Below are positions 26,941 to 37,247 of a stretch of DNA of 64,000 nucleotides, piece after piece. Below the pieces are notes generated by a model. That model worked only from the letters and a program-made list of their open reading frames with translations. It searched no databases and was not told where the DNA came from. The stretch comes from Bacillota bacterium (lineage in GTDB: Bacteria > Bacillota > Dethiobacteria > DTU022): positions 32,837 to 96,836 of the forward strand of contig JAABTH010000009.1 in the NCBI GenBank assembly GCA_011389985.1, given 5' to 3'. The stretch's first letter is position 1, and every line of letters starts with the position of its first letter. A program made the position numbers and the translations under genes.

Positions 26941-28332
26941 ATGAAGTTAAAAGGCAGCGAAATAATTGAGGCTACCGGAGGTAGTCTGTTACAGGGAGAC
27001 CCTGAGCAGTATATTTCCGGCTATGCAATAGATTCGCGCCAGGTGAAAAGAGGCGATCTCTTTATACCATTTAGAGGCGAGCAAACCGACGGGCACTTAT
27101 ATCTAGACAAGGCTGCCAAAAAAGGTGCCGTAGCGGCTTTTCATGAGCTGGCAGTTATAAGAAAAGACTCAGTTCCCGACAATATACTTCTAATCGGTGT
27201 GGAAAATTCACTGCTGGCCCTGCAGAAACTTGCTTCTGCTTATCGAAAGAGATTTAAACTGCCCGTGATCGGCATTACAGGCAGCAGCGGAAAAACAACA
27301 ACCAAGGATTTTACCGCCGGAGTGCTTTCGGCAAAGTATAATTTACTGAAAACAACAGGCAATCTGAACAATGAAATTGGGTTGCCGCTCACTATACTGC
27401 AGTTAGAAAGTAATCACCAGGCAGCAGTGCTTGAAATGGGTATGAGTGCGCCGGGTGAGATAACAACACTCTGTGAAATTGCCGAACCTTCTATTGGTGT
27501 TATCACTAATATAGGCGAAGCGCATATTGAATTGCTGGGCTCAATGGAAGCTATAGCAAATGCGAAAGGAGAACTACTTGATTACCTCGGCTCAGGCGGG
27601 GTAGCTGTCTTAAACGGCGATGATCCCCGCCTCCTAAAGATTGGGAGACGCTTCCCGGGAAAAGCGTTCTACTACGGCTTCAACCAGGGCGATATAGAAG
27701 GCTTCAGCTTGTCTCAACGGGGAGAAAAATGCTTTTTCCGGGTGCGTTTTCCAGATAAAAGTGAGGGGTTGTTTGAATCACCCCTTCCTGGACGGGAGTC
27801 GGCCAGCAATGCCCTGGCGGCTCTTACCGTCGGCTATATCCTGGGTTTAAGTTTGCAGCAGATGAAAGAGGGACTCCAAAAAAGTGAAACTACTGCAGGC
27901 AGGCTCCAGGTTTTATATAACAGAGATGAAGTAGGTATAATCGATGACACCTATAATGCCAATCCAGACTCTGTAAAGGCTGCGCTAAAAGTACTTACTG
28001 AACTGGGTGGGTCCAATACCGTAGCGGTGCTCGGCGATATGCTCGAGCTCGGTTTCGCCGCCAGCGAAGCACATTGTTCAATCGGCCGCTTCGCGGCCGA
28101 TTGCTCTATCAGGCACCTTGTTACAGTTGGTGAAATGGCAGCCCTGTCAGCAGAAGAGGCGGCGAAGGCAGGTCTGTCGGTGTCAAAATGCAGGGATCAC
28201 GATCAAGCTCTGCTCGCTTTGAGTAAACTGCCATTAACTAAAGGCTGGTACGTGCTGGTCAAAGGTTCCCGTGGCATGCAAATGGAAAAGATTGTAAATA
28301 AATTAGTAGAAGAAAAGGAGGCTGGTCAATAA
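26941..28332 (+). CDS. murF: UDP-MurNAc-tripeptide--D-Ala-D-Ala ligase
   Basis: ITGSSGKTTTK, NNEIGLP, LEMGM, DDTYNANPDS, LVKGSRG. Confidence 0.96.
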   Translation: MKLKGSEIIEATGGSLLQGDPEQYISGYAIDSRQVKRGDLFIPFRGEQTDGHLYLDKAAKKGAVAAFHELAVIRKDSVPDNILLIGVENSLLALQKLASAYRKRFKLPVIGITGSSGKTTTKDFTAGVLSAKYNLLKTTGNLNNEIGLPLTILQLESNHQAAVLEMGMSAPGEITTLCEIAEPSIGVITNIGEAHIELLGSMEAIANAKGELLDYLGSGGVAVLNGDDPRLLKIGRRFPGKAFYYGFNQGDIEGFSLSQRGEKCFFRVRFPDKSEGLFESPLPGRESASNALAALTVGYILGLSLQQMKEGLQKSETTAGRLQVLYNRDEVGIIDDTYNANPDSVKAALKVLTELGGSNTVAVLGDMLELGFAASEAHCSIGRFAADCSIRHLVTVGEMAALSAEEAAKAGLSVSKCRDHDQALLALSKLPLTKGWYVLVKGSRGMQMEKIVNKLVEEKEAGQ

Positions 28333-29285
28333 TGATGCTGATCATTTCTGCATCTTTGCTAGTTGCCTTTATATTGGCTTTTATTGCCTTCCCCCTTTTT
28401 ATTAATATGATGAAAAAGTTGCAATATGGACAGCAAATACGTGAAGACGGCCCTTTAAAGCATGCTTCCAAAGCAGGCACACCGACTATGGGTGGTGTTT
28501 TGATCCTTATTATTGCATCAGTTACTGCAATTATGTTTGCCGGATCTTCACCGCTAACCTATATGGTACTGCTGGTTATGCTTGGATGCGGATTGATCGG
28601 TTTTTTTGACGATTATCTGAAGATTGCAAAAAACCGTTCCCTGGGACTTAAAGCGCGTTCCAAGTTAGTCGGTGAAGTTTTAATTGCAGCCCTTTTCACC
28701 CTGGCCATATACCTTGCCGGGTACTATATTCCTGCAGTTGAACTGCCTTTCACTGATACGTCAATAAATCTCGGGTTTCTTTATCCCTTTTTTGTATTTT
28801 TGGTAGTCACTTCCGCTACCAACACGGTCAATCTTACAGATGGCATTGATGGCCTTGCTGCAGGAACAACAGTTATTGCTCTTTTCGCTTTTATGTATAT
28901 AGCTCTTCAAGCAGATCTGTCCGCTTTGGCGGTAACATGTGCAGCTTTGATTGGATCCTGTCTCGGATTCCTGGTGTATAATCGTCATCCTGCCCGCTTA
29001 TTCATGGGTGATGTGGGTTCTCTCGGGCTCGGTGGCGCTTTTGCGGCCATAGCAATACTGACAAAAAGCGAGCTCCTGCTTATTGTAGTTGGAGGCATCT
29101 TTGTAATTGAAGCTCTGGCGGTAATTGCCCAGGTAATAAGCTTTCGGCTTACCGGTAAACGGATATTTTTAATGGCTCCGCTGCACCATCACTTTGAGCT
29201 GAAAGGCTGGTCAGAATGGCGTGTTGTTGGCACTTTCTGGGCTGTTGCAATTATATTTGCATTTATAGGGATATTATCGTATTGA
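28332..29285 (+). CDS. mraY: Phospho-MurNAc-pentapeptide transferase
   Basis: KAGTPTMGG, NTVNLTDGIDGLA, FMGDVGS, MAPLHHHFE. Confidence 0.97.
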   Translation: MMLIISASLLVAFILAFIAFPLFINMMKKLQYGQQIREDGPLKHASKAGTPTMGGVLILIIASVTAIMFAGSSPLTYMVLLVMLGCGLIGFFDDYLKIAKNRSLGLKARSKLVGEVLIAALFTLAIYLAGYYIPAVELPFTDTSINLGFLYPFFVFLVVTSATNTVNLTDGIDGLAAGTTVIALFAFMYIALQADLSALAVTCAALIGSCLGFLVYNRHPARLFMGDVGSLGLGGAFAAIAILTKSELLLIVVGGIFVIEALAVIAQVISFRLTGKRIFLMAPLHHHFELKGWSEWRVVGTFWAVAIIFAFIGILSY

Positions 29286-29350
29286 AAAAATAGAATTCAT
29301 TGTTATTAGCCTGAAATGTTGATGAGTACCTTAAATCCGGAGGCACTGAA

Positions 29351-30766
29351 ATGATTGATTTAATCAAAGGAAAAGAGATTATTGTCGTTGGCATGGCTCG
29401 CAGTGGTGTGGCTGCAGCCGAACTTTTGTCTGTCTTGGGCGCGGCTAAAATTACAGTAACCGATCAGAAAAAGCCTTCGGAGCTGGAAACTGAAATAAGA
29501 AAAATAGAACGTTTGAACGGAGTTACTGCAGTAGTCGGAAGTGACCCACTCTATTTGGTTAACGAAAAAATTTCAATGATCGTAAAGAGTCCCGGCGTGC
29601 CGCCGGCAAACGAGCTTTTCTTAAAAGCGGATAAACTTAAAATACCGGTTATATCAGAAATTGAGTTGGCCTATGCTTTCCTGAAAACACCGCTAATTGG
29701 AATAACCGGCACAAACGGTAAGACTACAACAACCGCAATGATTACGGCGATGATCAAAGAGGCAGGAATCGAGCCGGTTACGTCAGCCGGTAATATCGGT
29801 AACCCTCTTTGTGGTTTGGTTGGTAAATTTAGCGCACAAGGGTTTATTGTAGCAGAACTGAGCAGTTTTCAGCTGGATAAGATCGATAAATTTCGCCCTC
29901 TCGTTTCAGTTTTTCTTAACTTTGCCGAAGATCATCTCGACTATCATGGCAGTCTGGAAGCATATTTCCAGGCTAAAGCACGAATTGTTGAGAATCAGAG
30001 AACCGGTGATTTTGCCATACTTAATGCCGGCGATCCGGCCGTGGTTTCACTTCAGGAAGCATGCCGGGCAAAAGTGCTCTGGTTTGACAGGGCTCCTGTT
30101 TCATGCGGAGTTGGTCTTCAGGATCAGTGGGTTACAATCTATAATTCCGGTTGCAGCCCGCAAAAAGTTTGCCTGAGATCTGAGCTGGCCCTGCCGGGAG
30201 AACATAATCTTGAGAACTCGCTTGCAGCTGCTGCGGCGGCATGGGCGGCAGGCGTCGATCTTGAATCAATCGGCCGGGTACTGCGCAACTTTCAGGGTAT
30301 CGAACATCGCCTGGAACATGTCATTAATATCGATGAAGTTGATTATATAAACGACTCGAAAGGAACAAATCCGGGAGCTACTATAAAAGCGCTATCGTCA
30401 TTTCCCGGCCGTCCCATAGTTCTTATTGCCGGGGGCAAAGATAAAGGAGCCGATTTTACTGCTCTGGCAGAGGTTATTCGTAATAGTGTAAAAGAGCTGG
30501 TTTTGTTCGGAGAAACCAGGGATAAACTGGCCAATGCTGTAAAAAAAGCCGGCTTTGAAAGCTACAGAATAGTAGATACCCTTGATGAAGCTGTTGCTGC
30601 TGCTAAAAAGTTGTCTGTCCATGGTGATCTGGTTTTGCTTTCTCCGGCTTGTGCCAGTTGGGATATGTTTAAAGATTATGAAGAAAGAGGCAGGTACTTT
30701 AAACAGTTGGTAAGTACAGGAAATGGGTTTAATAAACTGGCGGGAGAGCTTAAAGATGGCAGCTAA
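29351..30766 (+). CDS. murD: UDP-MurNAc-L-Ala--D-Glu ligase
   Basis: GMARSG, ITGTNGKTTT, ELSSFQL, NDSKGTN, LLSPACASWD. Confidence 0.97.
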   Translation: MIDLIKGKEIIVVGMARSGVAAAELLSVLGAAKITVTDQKKPSELETEIRKIERLNGVTAVVGSDPLYLVNEKISMIVKSPGVPPANELFLKADKLKIPVISEIELAYAFLKTPLIGITGTNGKTTTTAMITAMIKEAGIEPVTSAGNIGNPLCGLVGKFSAQGFIVAELSSFQLDKIDKFRPLVSVFLNFAEDHLDYHGSLEAYFQAKARIVENQRTGDFAILNAGDPAVVSLQEACRAKVLWFDRAPVSCGVGLQDQWVTIYNSGCSPQKVCLRSELALPGEHNLENSLAAAAAAWAAGVDLESIGRVLRNFQGIEHRLEHVINIDEVDYINDSKGTNPGATIKALSSFPGRPIVLIAGGKDKGADFTALAEVIRNSVKELVLFGETRDKLANAVKKAGFESYRIVDTLDEAVAAAKKLSVHGDLVLLSPACASWDMFKDYEERGRYFKQLVSTGNGFNKLAGELKDGS

Positions 30767-31874
30767 GAGTACAAAACGTGATTGTGATCGCATTTTGTTA
30801 CTGACAACAATCCTGTTGCTCGGTATAGGTCTGATTATGGTTTTTAGCGCCAGTTTTGTTATTGCCGGAGAGCAGAGCGGTGATTCCTACTATTTTATTA
30901 AACGACAGTCCCTCTGGGTAGCTATCGGTTTGCTGGGACTTTACATTTTTTCCAGGATCCATTATCTGAAGCTGAAAAAAATGTCGTTAATTATACTTGT
31001 GTTTAATTTTATCTTGTTAGGACTAATATTTACTGGGCTGGGCACCGATTTGGGCACAGAAGCAAAGCGCTGGCTGGCAGTAGGCCCGGTTGTTGTTCAG
31101 CCGTCAGAGTTCAGTAAGTTGGCTTTTGTTATATTTACTTCAGCCTATATGAGCAGCCGGCGTATCGATCTCCGGAATATGTGGACAGCAACTGTATTAC
31201 CTCTGGGGATAGCCGCTGCCGCTCTCTTTATGATTTCGCTTCAGCCTGATTTTGGCACCTCGCTGATTGTTCTGGCGGGGGCAGTTCTCGTTGTTTTTTT
31301 TGCCGGGGTTCCCATCGCGAGGGCGGCGAGCCTTACCCTGATTGGGTTACCACCGTTGGGCTACCTTATGGTTAATGAAGATTACCGTCTCCAGAGAATC
31401 TTTACCTATATCGATCCCTGGGCTGATGCAAGTGATTCGGGTTACCAGATTATTCAGTCTTTATATGCGTTCGGGAGCGGGCATCTTTTTGGCAGCGGCC
31501 TTGGCCGGGGCAGACAAAAATTATTTTACCTGCCTGAGCCGCAAAACGATTTTATTTTTGCTGTTATCGGTGAAGAACTTGGTTTTATCGGGGCGGTAGC
31601 TATTTTATTGCTTTACCTGATATTTATCTGGCGGGGCTTTCAGATTGCCCTCAAAGCACCTGATCTTTTCGGCAGCCTGCTGGCAGCCGGGATAACCTTT
31701 CTTTTGGCTCTTCAGGTATTGGTAAATGTAGCGGTGGTCACCGGTATTTTACCGGTTACCGGTATAAACCTGCCTTTGATCAGTGCCGGAGGCAGTTCCG
31801 TATTTTTTACCCTGGTATCTATTGGTATACTTTTAAATATATCTAAACATGCGAAGGAAACAAAAACTGCTTAA
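30756..31874 (+). CDS. ftsW: SEDS protein FtsW/SpoVE
   Basis: QPSEFSK, QPDFG, YLPEPQNDFIFAVIGEELG, GINLPLISAGGSS. Confidence 0.93.
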   Translation: MAAKSTKRDCDRILLLTTILLLGIGLIMVFSASFVIAGEQSGDSYYFIKRQSLWVAIGLLGLYIFSRIHYLKLKKMSLIILVFNFILLGLIFTGLGTDLGTEAKRWLAVGPVVVQPSEFSKLAFVIFTSAYMSSRRIDLRNMWTATVLPLGIAAAALFMISLQPDFGTSLIVLAGAVLVVFFAGVPIARAASLTLIGLPPLGYLMVNEDYRLQRIFTYIDPWADASDSGYQIIQSLYAFGSGHLFGSGLGRGRQKLFYLPEPQNDFIFAVIGEELGFIGAVAILLLYLIFIWRGFQIALKAPDLFGSLLAAGITFLLALQVLVNVAVVTGILPVTGINLPLISAGGSSVFFTLVSIGILLNISKHAKETKTA

Positions 31875-31887
31875 GGGAGAAGTTAAG

Positions 31888-32973
31888 ATGAAGATATTAA
31901 TCGGAGGAGGAGGAACAGGAGGTCATATTTATCCGGCCTTGGCTCTGGCACGTTATGCCTGTAATACAGATGAGCAGGGCGACGTTCTGTTTGTCGGCAG
32001 CGCTAATGGCCTGGAAAGTAAAATTGTTCCTTCAGCCGGTTTTATACTGCGAACAATTCCTGCGAGCGGTTTCAAACGCAGTTTTAAAGGCCTTGGCCGC
32101 ACTCTAAAAGATTTGCTGGGCGGAATAAAGGAAGCTCAGAAAATAATAAAAGAATTTAGGCCAAATGTAATTCTGGGTACAGGCGGTTATGTTGCTGCTC
32201 CGCTTGTTATCGCGGGGGTTTTAAAGCGTTACCCTGTAGTTATTCATGAGCAAAATGCTTTGCCCGGAATGACAAACCGCTGGATGGCGCCATTTGTAAA
32301 GAAAATTTGCCTCTCTTTTGCCGAAACGGCAAAAACAATGCCCGGTGGTAAAACAGTTTTTACCGGCAATCCCCGGGCCAGTGAGGTTACTTATATTGAT
32401 AGAACAGAGGTTAGCATAAGGTTCAATCTTGATCCAGCCCTGCAAACTATACTGGTATACGGTGGAAGTAGGGGAGCTTTGAAGCTTAACAAAGTAGTGG
32501 CAGACTATCTTCACGAAGGGCTGTTACCTGAAAAAATTAACATGATTTATATTACCGGTGATATTTACCATGATGAAGTTAATAAGAAACTGTATAATCT
32601 GCCCGACAGGGTTAAATTATATCCATACCTTGAAGATATGCCTTTGGCCCTGGCAATTGCCGATCTGGCCGTAACCCGAAGTGGTGCGACAACTCTTGCT
32701 GAAATTACCGCTCTTGGAGTACCGGCAATTCTTGTCCCTTCGCCAAATGTTATAAACAATCACCAGTATTATAATGCAAAAATTTTAGCTGACAGGGGCG
32801 CGGCTATTCTGATTGAAGAAAAAGATTTTGATCACATTCGTCTGGCAGCAGAGATTGACAGGTTGACGCTGTCGCAGGGTGAGCTGCAGAAAATGGCGGT
32901 AAAAAGCAGAAATATGGGTCTTCCCGATGCAGCTAAAAATGTATACCGGGTTCTTCAGGAGGTGGCTTTATGA
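31888..32973 (+). CDS. murG: Lipid II GlcNAc transferase
   Basis: GGGTGGHIYP, GTGGY, HEQN, GGSRGA, RSGATT. Confidence 0.97.
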   Translation: MKILIGGGGTGGHIYPALALARYACNTDEQGDVLFVGSANGLESKIVPSAGFILRTIPASGFKRSFKGLGRTLKDLLGGIKEAQKIIKEFRPNVILGTGGYVAAPLVIAGVLKRYPVVIHEQNALPGMTNRWMAPFVKKICLSFAETAKTMPGGKTVFTGNPRASEVTYIDRTEVSIRFNLDPALQTILVYGGSRGALKLNKVVADYLHEGLLPEKINMIYITGDIYHDEVNKKLYNLPDRVKLYPYLEDMPLALAIADLAVTRSGATTLAEITALGVPAILVPSPNVINNHQYYNAKILADRGAAILIEEKDFDHIRLAAEIDRLTLSQGELQKMAVKSRNMGLPDAAKNVYRVLQEVAL

Positions 32974-33869
32974 GCTTTGAAGAGGAACTAAAAAAGAAGA
33001 TTAAATCTGAAGTTAAGGCTGATGAACCCATGTCACTTCATACCTCATGGCAGGTGGGCGGGCCTGTGGATTATTATGTTTGCCCAAACGATAAAAAGGA
33101 GATCAAAGAAATTGTCAGGCTGTGTAATAAATATGGTATGCCTACCTATGTTATCGGTAACGGCAGCAATCTACTTGTTTTAGATGGCGGTATAAGGGGG
33201 CTGGTTATAAATATAGGGCAGCCATTTTGTTACATTAACCGTGTTGACAATGGTCTTGTTGCCGGTGCCGGAACCCCGATGACAATGCTTGCGAAAACTG
33301 CAGTTGAGTATGGCCTAACCGGTTTAGAATTTACTGCAGGCATTCCCGGTTCGTTAGGCGGTGCTGTAATCATGAATGCCGGAGCATTTGGCGGATATAT
33401 AGGAGAATATGTTAGATCAGTAACATTGATAGCGACAGAGGGTGAAGAAAAACAATTAAGTTCTGAAGAAATTGTCTTCGGGTATCGCACGAGCAGTCTG
33501 ATCGGTAAGGGCATAGTTGTCGAATTAGAACTCAAGCTCTATGAAGGCGATCTGGAACGGTCACGCAGTAAGATAGAACATTTTTTAAGTGAGCGCAGGC
33601 GTCGCCACCCTGATTTGCCAAGCTGTGGCAGTGTGTTTCGTAATCTACCGGGAGCTCCTGCCGGCCAGTTGATTGAAAATGCAGGTGGTAAAGGGCTGCG
33701 CGTAGGAGGAGCGGAAGTATCAACTCAACATGCTAACTTTATAGTTAATAAAGGTACAGCTACTGCTGCCGATATACTAACAACAATAACCACCGTTCAA
33801 AAACTTGTTAAAGAAAAGTATGATGTAGAACTTCAACCCGAAGTAAAGATTGTAGGAGAGGAGGGCTAA
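32970..33869 (+). CDS. murB: UDP-N-acetylenolpyruvoylglucosamine reductase
   Basis: GNGSNLL, GIPGSLGGAVIMNAGA, SCGSVFRN, HANFIVN. Confidence 0.97.
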   Translation: MSFEEELKKKIKSEVKADEPMSLHTSWQVGGPVDYYVCPNDKKEIKEIVRLCNKYGMPTYVIGNGSNLLVLDGGIRGLVINIGQPFCYINRVDNGLVAGAGTPMTMLAKTAVEYGLTGLEFTAGIPGSLGGAVIMNAGAFGGYIGEYVRSVTLIATEGEEKQLSSEEIVFGYRTSSLIGKGIVVELELKLYEGDLERSRSKIEHFLSERRRRHPDLPSCGSVFRNLPGAPAGQLIENAGGKGLRVGGAEVSTQHANFIVNKGTATAADILTTITTVQKLVKEKYDVELQPEVKIVGEEG

Positions 33870-33872
33870 CCT

Positions 33873-34664
33873 GTGGCAAAGAAAAATGATCGCTTAAAAC
33901 TGGTTAGGCATAACAAAAAAATGCCGCGCTGGAAAAAAGCATTTCGTTTTTTGTTCAGACTTATCCTGCTATTAGGTTTAGTTCTGCTCTTAAAACATGG
34001 AGAAGCATACTTCAGAGTTAATGAAATTACTGTCGAAGGTGTTGAGAGTATCCAACCCGGGGCAATCCTGTCGTCAGGCAATCTAAAGCCTGGTATGAGC
34101 ATATTATTTCTGAAAGAGAACAGTATAGCTGACGCCATAATCAGTGATCATCCGCAAATAAAGAGTGTTGAGATAACGAGGAATCTGCCTGACTCGCTTG
34201 TCGTTGCCGTCACAGAAAGATCGCTTGCTGCTTATGTGATCACTCCCGATGGCTACTGGCTGATCGATAGCGAAACTTTCTGCTTTGGCTATACAACTGA
34301 GCCTGCTGTCGGTTATCCGGTTATATCCGGGATAGACGGATCTTTGGTTACACCGGGTGCTCCGCTTGGTTGTTCTGCAAAGCGGGAAACTCTTCATAGT
34401 TTTTTCCAGAAGTGGAGTTTAGAAGATTTGCCGGAAATAGAAACAATTAACTATGCAGACAGTTACAATTTAATTGTCGGATTAGCCGGCGGATGGGAAT
34501 TATGGCTGGGCGATGCAAAAGAGATGGGCCATAAAATCTTGCTGGTAAAAGAGAGTATGCCATACATTGCAGAAGGGTCGCAGGCCAGATTAGATGTCCG
34601 TTCCGGCAAACGTCTTGTAGTTTCAAGCAGTTCAATAATTAATGAAAGGGAGGTGGATCCATAA
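33873..34664 (+). CDS. ftsQ: Cell division protein FtsQ/DivIB
   Basis: TM followed by POTRA (IKSVEITRNLPDSLVVAVTER); position in the dcw cluster. Confidence 0.88.
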   Translation: MAKKNDRLKLVRHNKKMPRWKKAFRFLFRLILLLGLVLLLKHGEAYFRVNEITVEGVESIQPGAILSSGNLKPGMSILFLKENSIADAIISDHPQIKSVEITRNLPDSLVVAVTERSLAAYVITPDGYWLIDSETFCFGYTTEPAVGYPVISGIDGSLVTPGAPLGCSAKRETLHSFFQKWSLEDLPEIETINYADSYNLIVGLAGGWELWLGDAKEMGHKILLVKESMPYIAEGSQARLDVRSGKRLVVSSSSIINEREVDP

Positions 34665-34665
34665 A

Positions 34666-34692
34666 AAAGGAAATAGTTGAAATGTGTTGAAT
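34666..34692 (+). promoter_or_regulatory. sigma-H promoter for ftsAZ
   Basis: AAAGGAAAT-11 bp-GTTGAAT; ftsA has a sigma-H promoter in B. subtilis. Confidence 0.7.
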
Positions 34693-34747
34693 AATTTAGT
34701 AATAAGTAACAGTTGCACCAGGTTTGGAAGGGTAAGGGGGTAAATAA

Positions 34748-35980
34748 GTGAGTAAAAAGAACTATATTGTCGGTATAGATGTAGGCACAGCTGAGGTAAG
34801 GGTTGGGCTCGGCGAATCCCGTCCCGACGGCACTGTGAACATTATCGGTTTAGGTCTGAGCCCTTCCGATGGTGTAAGAAAAGGTGTTATTGTCGACCTT
34901 GAGAAAACTGTTGAATCGATATTAGCAGCCGTAGAAGAAGCGGAGCGAATGGCGGGTTTTAAAATAGATTCTGCTTATGTCGGGTTGAAAGGATTAAATA
35001 TCGATTTAATAACAAATCGAGGTGTTGTTGCCGTTACTTCGGAGGATCGCGAGATCCGGGAAGAAGACCTTGAAAGGGTTATTCAGGCGGCTAAGGTTGT
35101 GGCTCTGCCCATGGATCGCGAAATTGTAGACATCATCCCCCGTGAATACATTGTCGATGGTTTTGACGGGATCAGAGATCCGGTGGGAATGCTGGGAGTA
35201 CGCCTGGAGGTTGACGCCATGGTTGTTACCAGCTTGATTACTTCCCTGCACAACCTGTTACGCTGCATCAACAAGGCCGGCATCAATATCAAGGGGCTCG
35301 TCCTGCAGGCGTTAGCCAATGCCGAGGTGTCACTAACGCCCGACGAGCGCGACCTTGGAGTATTTTTAATTGATATCGGCAGTGGCACAACTGAAATAGC
35401 TCTTTTCCATCACGGTAAATTGCAGAAATTGGTCGTAATACCGGTTGGCGGAGATCACATCACCATAGATCTCGCCGCCGGCCTGAGGATTAATTACAAT
35501 ATTGCTGAAGAACTTAAAAAAGAACATGCTTCAGCCTTGCAGGCGCTGGCTGACAGCGAACCAAAAATAGAAATTAAGCCTGTAGGCAGCAATGAGCTCA
35601 GGCTGGTGTCGGAAAGAGAGCTCACATCATTTATCGAGCCGAGGATACAGGAAATTTTTCAAATCGCCAAAGAAGAAATAATCAAAATGGGTTGGACACA
35701 CCTGCCACCTGCAGGTGTAGTTTTACGCGGAGGAGTTTCCTCGATGAAAGGTATTGTTGAAGTGGCCGGCGACTTTTTTGAAAGCGATCAGATCAGGTTG
35801 GCTGATTTTGAGGTTTCTGGAATTCAGAGCCCCACTTATTCAACAGTCATCGGGCTGCTGTACTATATTCAACGCTATCAACCCCGCATGTTTGTCAATG
35901 AAAGAAGCAAACCGGTAAAAAAACGCGGCCCCGCTTTATGGCAGCGGATTAAAGACTGGATGACAGATATTATAGATTGA
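34748..35980 (+). CDS. ftsA: Cell division protein FtsA
   Basis: GIDVGT, DIGSGTT, VGGDHIT, VLRGGVS. Confidence 0.96.
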   Translation: MSKKNYIVGIDVGTAEVRVGLGESRPDGTVNIIGLGLSPSDGVRKGVIVDLEKTVESILAAVEEAERMAGFKIDSAYVGLKGLNIDLITNRGVVAVTSEDREIREEDLERVIQAAKVVALPMDREIVDIIPREYIVDGFDGIRDPVGMLGVRLEVDAMVVTSLITSLHNLLRCINKAGINIKGLVLQALANAEVSLTPDERDLGVFLIDIGSGTTEIALFHHGKLQKLVVIPVGGDHITIDLAAGLRINYNIAEELKKEHASALQALADSEPKIEIKPVGSNELRLVSERELTSFIEPRIQEIFQIAKEEIIKMGWTHLPPAGVVLRGGVSSMKGIVEVAGDFFESDQIRLADFEVSGIQSPTYSTVIGLLYYIQRYQPRMFVNERSKPVKKRGPALWQRIKDWMTDIID

Positions 35981-36010
35981 AGAGCATACCATTATCAGGA
36001 GGTGCTTTTA

Positions 36011-37084
36011 ATGATTGAGTTCGATATTGAGATGGAACAATTTGCATCGATAAAAGTAGTTGGCGTAGGCGGAGGAGGCAGCAATGCCGTGAACCGGATG
36101 ATTGCTTCCGGTTTACAGGGTGTTGACTTCTGTGCAGTTAATACAGATGGCCAGGCTCTTTACCTGGCTAACGCTCCAAATAAGTTGCAGATCGGTGAAC
36201 AACTTACCAAGGGACTCGGGGCCGGAGCAGATCCGGAAATCGGGCGCAAAGCTGCTGAAGAAAGCCGTGATGCCATAGAGGTTATGTTAAAAGGAGCCGA
36301 TATGGTATTTATAACCGCAGGTATGGGTGGCGGAACAGGAACAGGCGCTGCTCCGATTATAGCTGAAGTGGCTCATAAAATGGGTGCCCTTACTGTAGGT
36401 GTGGTAACCCGGCCTTTTGCCTTCGAAGGCAGAAAACGTAAACAGCAGTCGGAAGAAGGAATATCGTGCCTGAAAGAAAAAGTTGATACCCTCATCACGA
36501 TACCTAATGATCGACTGCTTCAGATAGTTGAAAAGAAAACGCCTATCCTTGAAGCTTTCAGAGTTGCCGATGATGTGCTCAGACAGGGAGTTCAGGGGAT
36601 TTCCGACCTGATTGCCGTGCCTGGCCTGATTAATCTCGATTTTGCCGATGTCCGCACAATTATGTCCGAAACCGGACCTGCCCTGATGGGTGTAGGCCAG
36701 GGCAGCGGAGAAAATCGTACGGTGGAGGCAGCAAAAGCGGCTACTAACAGTCCACTACTTGAAACCTCGATCGAAGGGGCAAGGGGAGTTCTTATCAACG
36801 TAACCGGTGGCAGCGATTTAGGCCTTTATGAAGTTAATGAAGCAGCTGAAATTGTTTCAAATTATGCTGACCCCGATGCTAATATAATCTTCGGAGCAGT
36901 AATCGATGAAAACTGCCAGGATCAGGTAAGAGTCACCGTTATAGCGACAGGATTCAAGGTGGTTCAGGAGGAAAAGAAGCCCCATCTTGCAGCTGTCGGC
37001 AGCAGCGCGTACGCCCGGGGAGAGAACCTCGATTCGCCTGCATGGTCCCGCTGGCAGAAGCAAGAAAAAATCGTTAACGAGTAA
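36011..37084 (+). CDS. ftsZ: Cell division protein FtsZ
   Basis: [25 protein letters not shown]; ATG 36011 after AGGAGGT. Confidence 0.98.
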   Translation: MIEFDIEMEQFASIKVVGVGGGGSNAVNRMIASGLQGVDFCAVNTDGQALYLANAPNKLQIGEQLTKGLGAGADPEIGRKAAEESRDAIEVMLKGADMVFITAGMGGGTGTGAAPIIAEVAHKMGALTVGVVTRPFAFEGRKRKQQSEEGISCLKEKVDTLITIPNDRLLQIVEKKTPILEAFRVADDVLRQGVQGISDLIAVPGLINLDFADVRTIMSETGPALMGVGQGSGENRTVEAAKAATNSPLLETSIEGARGVLINVTGGSDLGLYEVNEAAEIVSNYADPDANIIFGAVIDENCQDQVRVTVIATGFKVVQEEKKPHLAAVGSSAYARGENLDSPAWSRWQKQEKIVNE

Positions 37085-37122
37085 AGAAAAGAACCTGGTT
37101 TTACTTTAAACTTACTAAAATC

Positions 37123-37160
37123 TACCTGGCGGAAACTGAAAAACCGCCGGGTATTTTTAT
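37123..37160 (+). terminator. Intrinsic terminator after ftsZ
   Basis: TACCTGGCGG-loop-CCGCCGGGTA followed by TTTTT. Confidence 0.85.
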
Positions 37161-37184
37161 TTGTGATAAAATGATAAAAAAGCC

Positions 37185-37236
37185 TTTACACACAATATAT
37201 TGTGGTTTATAATGAAACAACTGCAATATATTGGGG
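37185..37236 (+). promoter_or_regulatory. sigma-A promoter overlapped by tandem NrdR boxes
   Basis: TTTACA(37185)-17-TATAAT(37208); boxes ACACAATATATTGTGG (37190-37205) and CTGCAATATATTGGGG (37221-37236), 31 bp apart. Confidence 0.88.
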
Positions 37237-37247
37237 TGAAGCTGGGT

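Noticed and set aside
37161-37180. TTGTGATAAAATGATAAAA resembling a Rex or Fur site; the same TGTGATAAAAT occurs upstream of lspA
   Set aside because: No palindromic second half; better read as an extended -10 (TGnTAAAAT)
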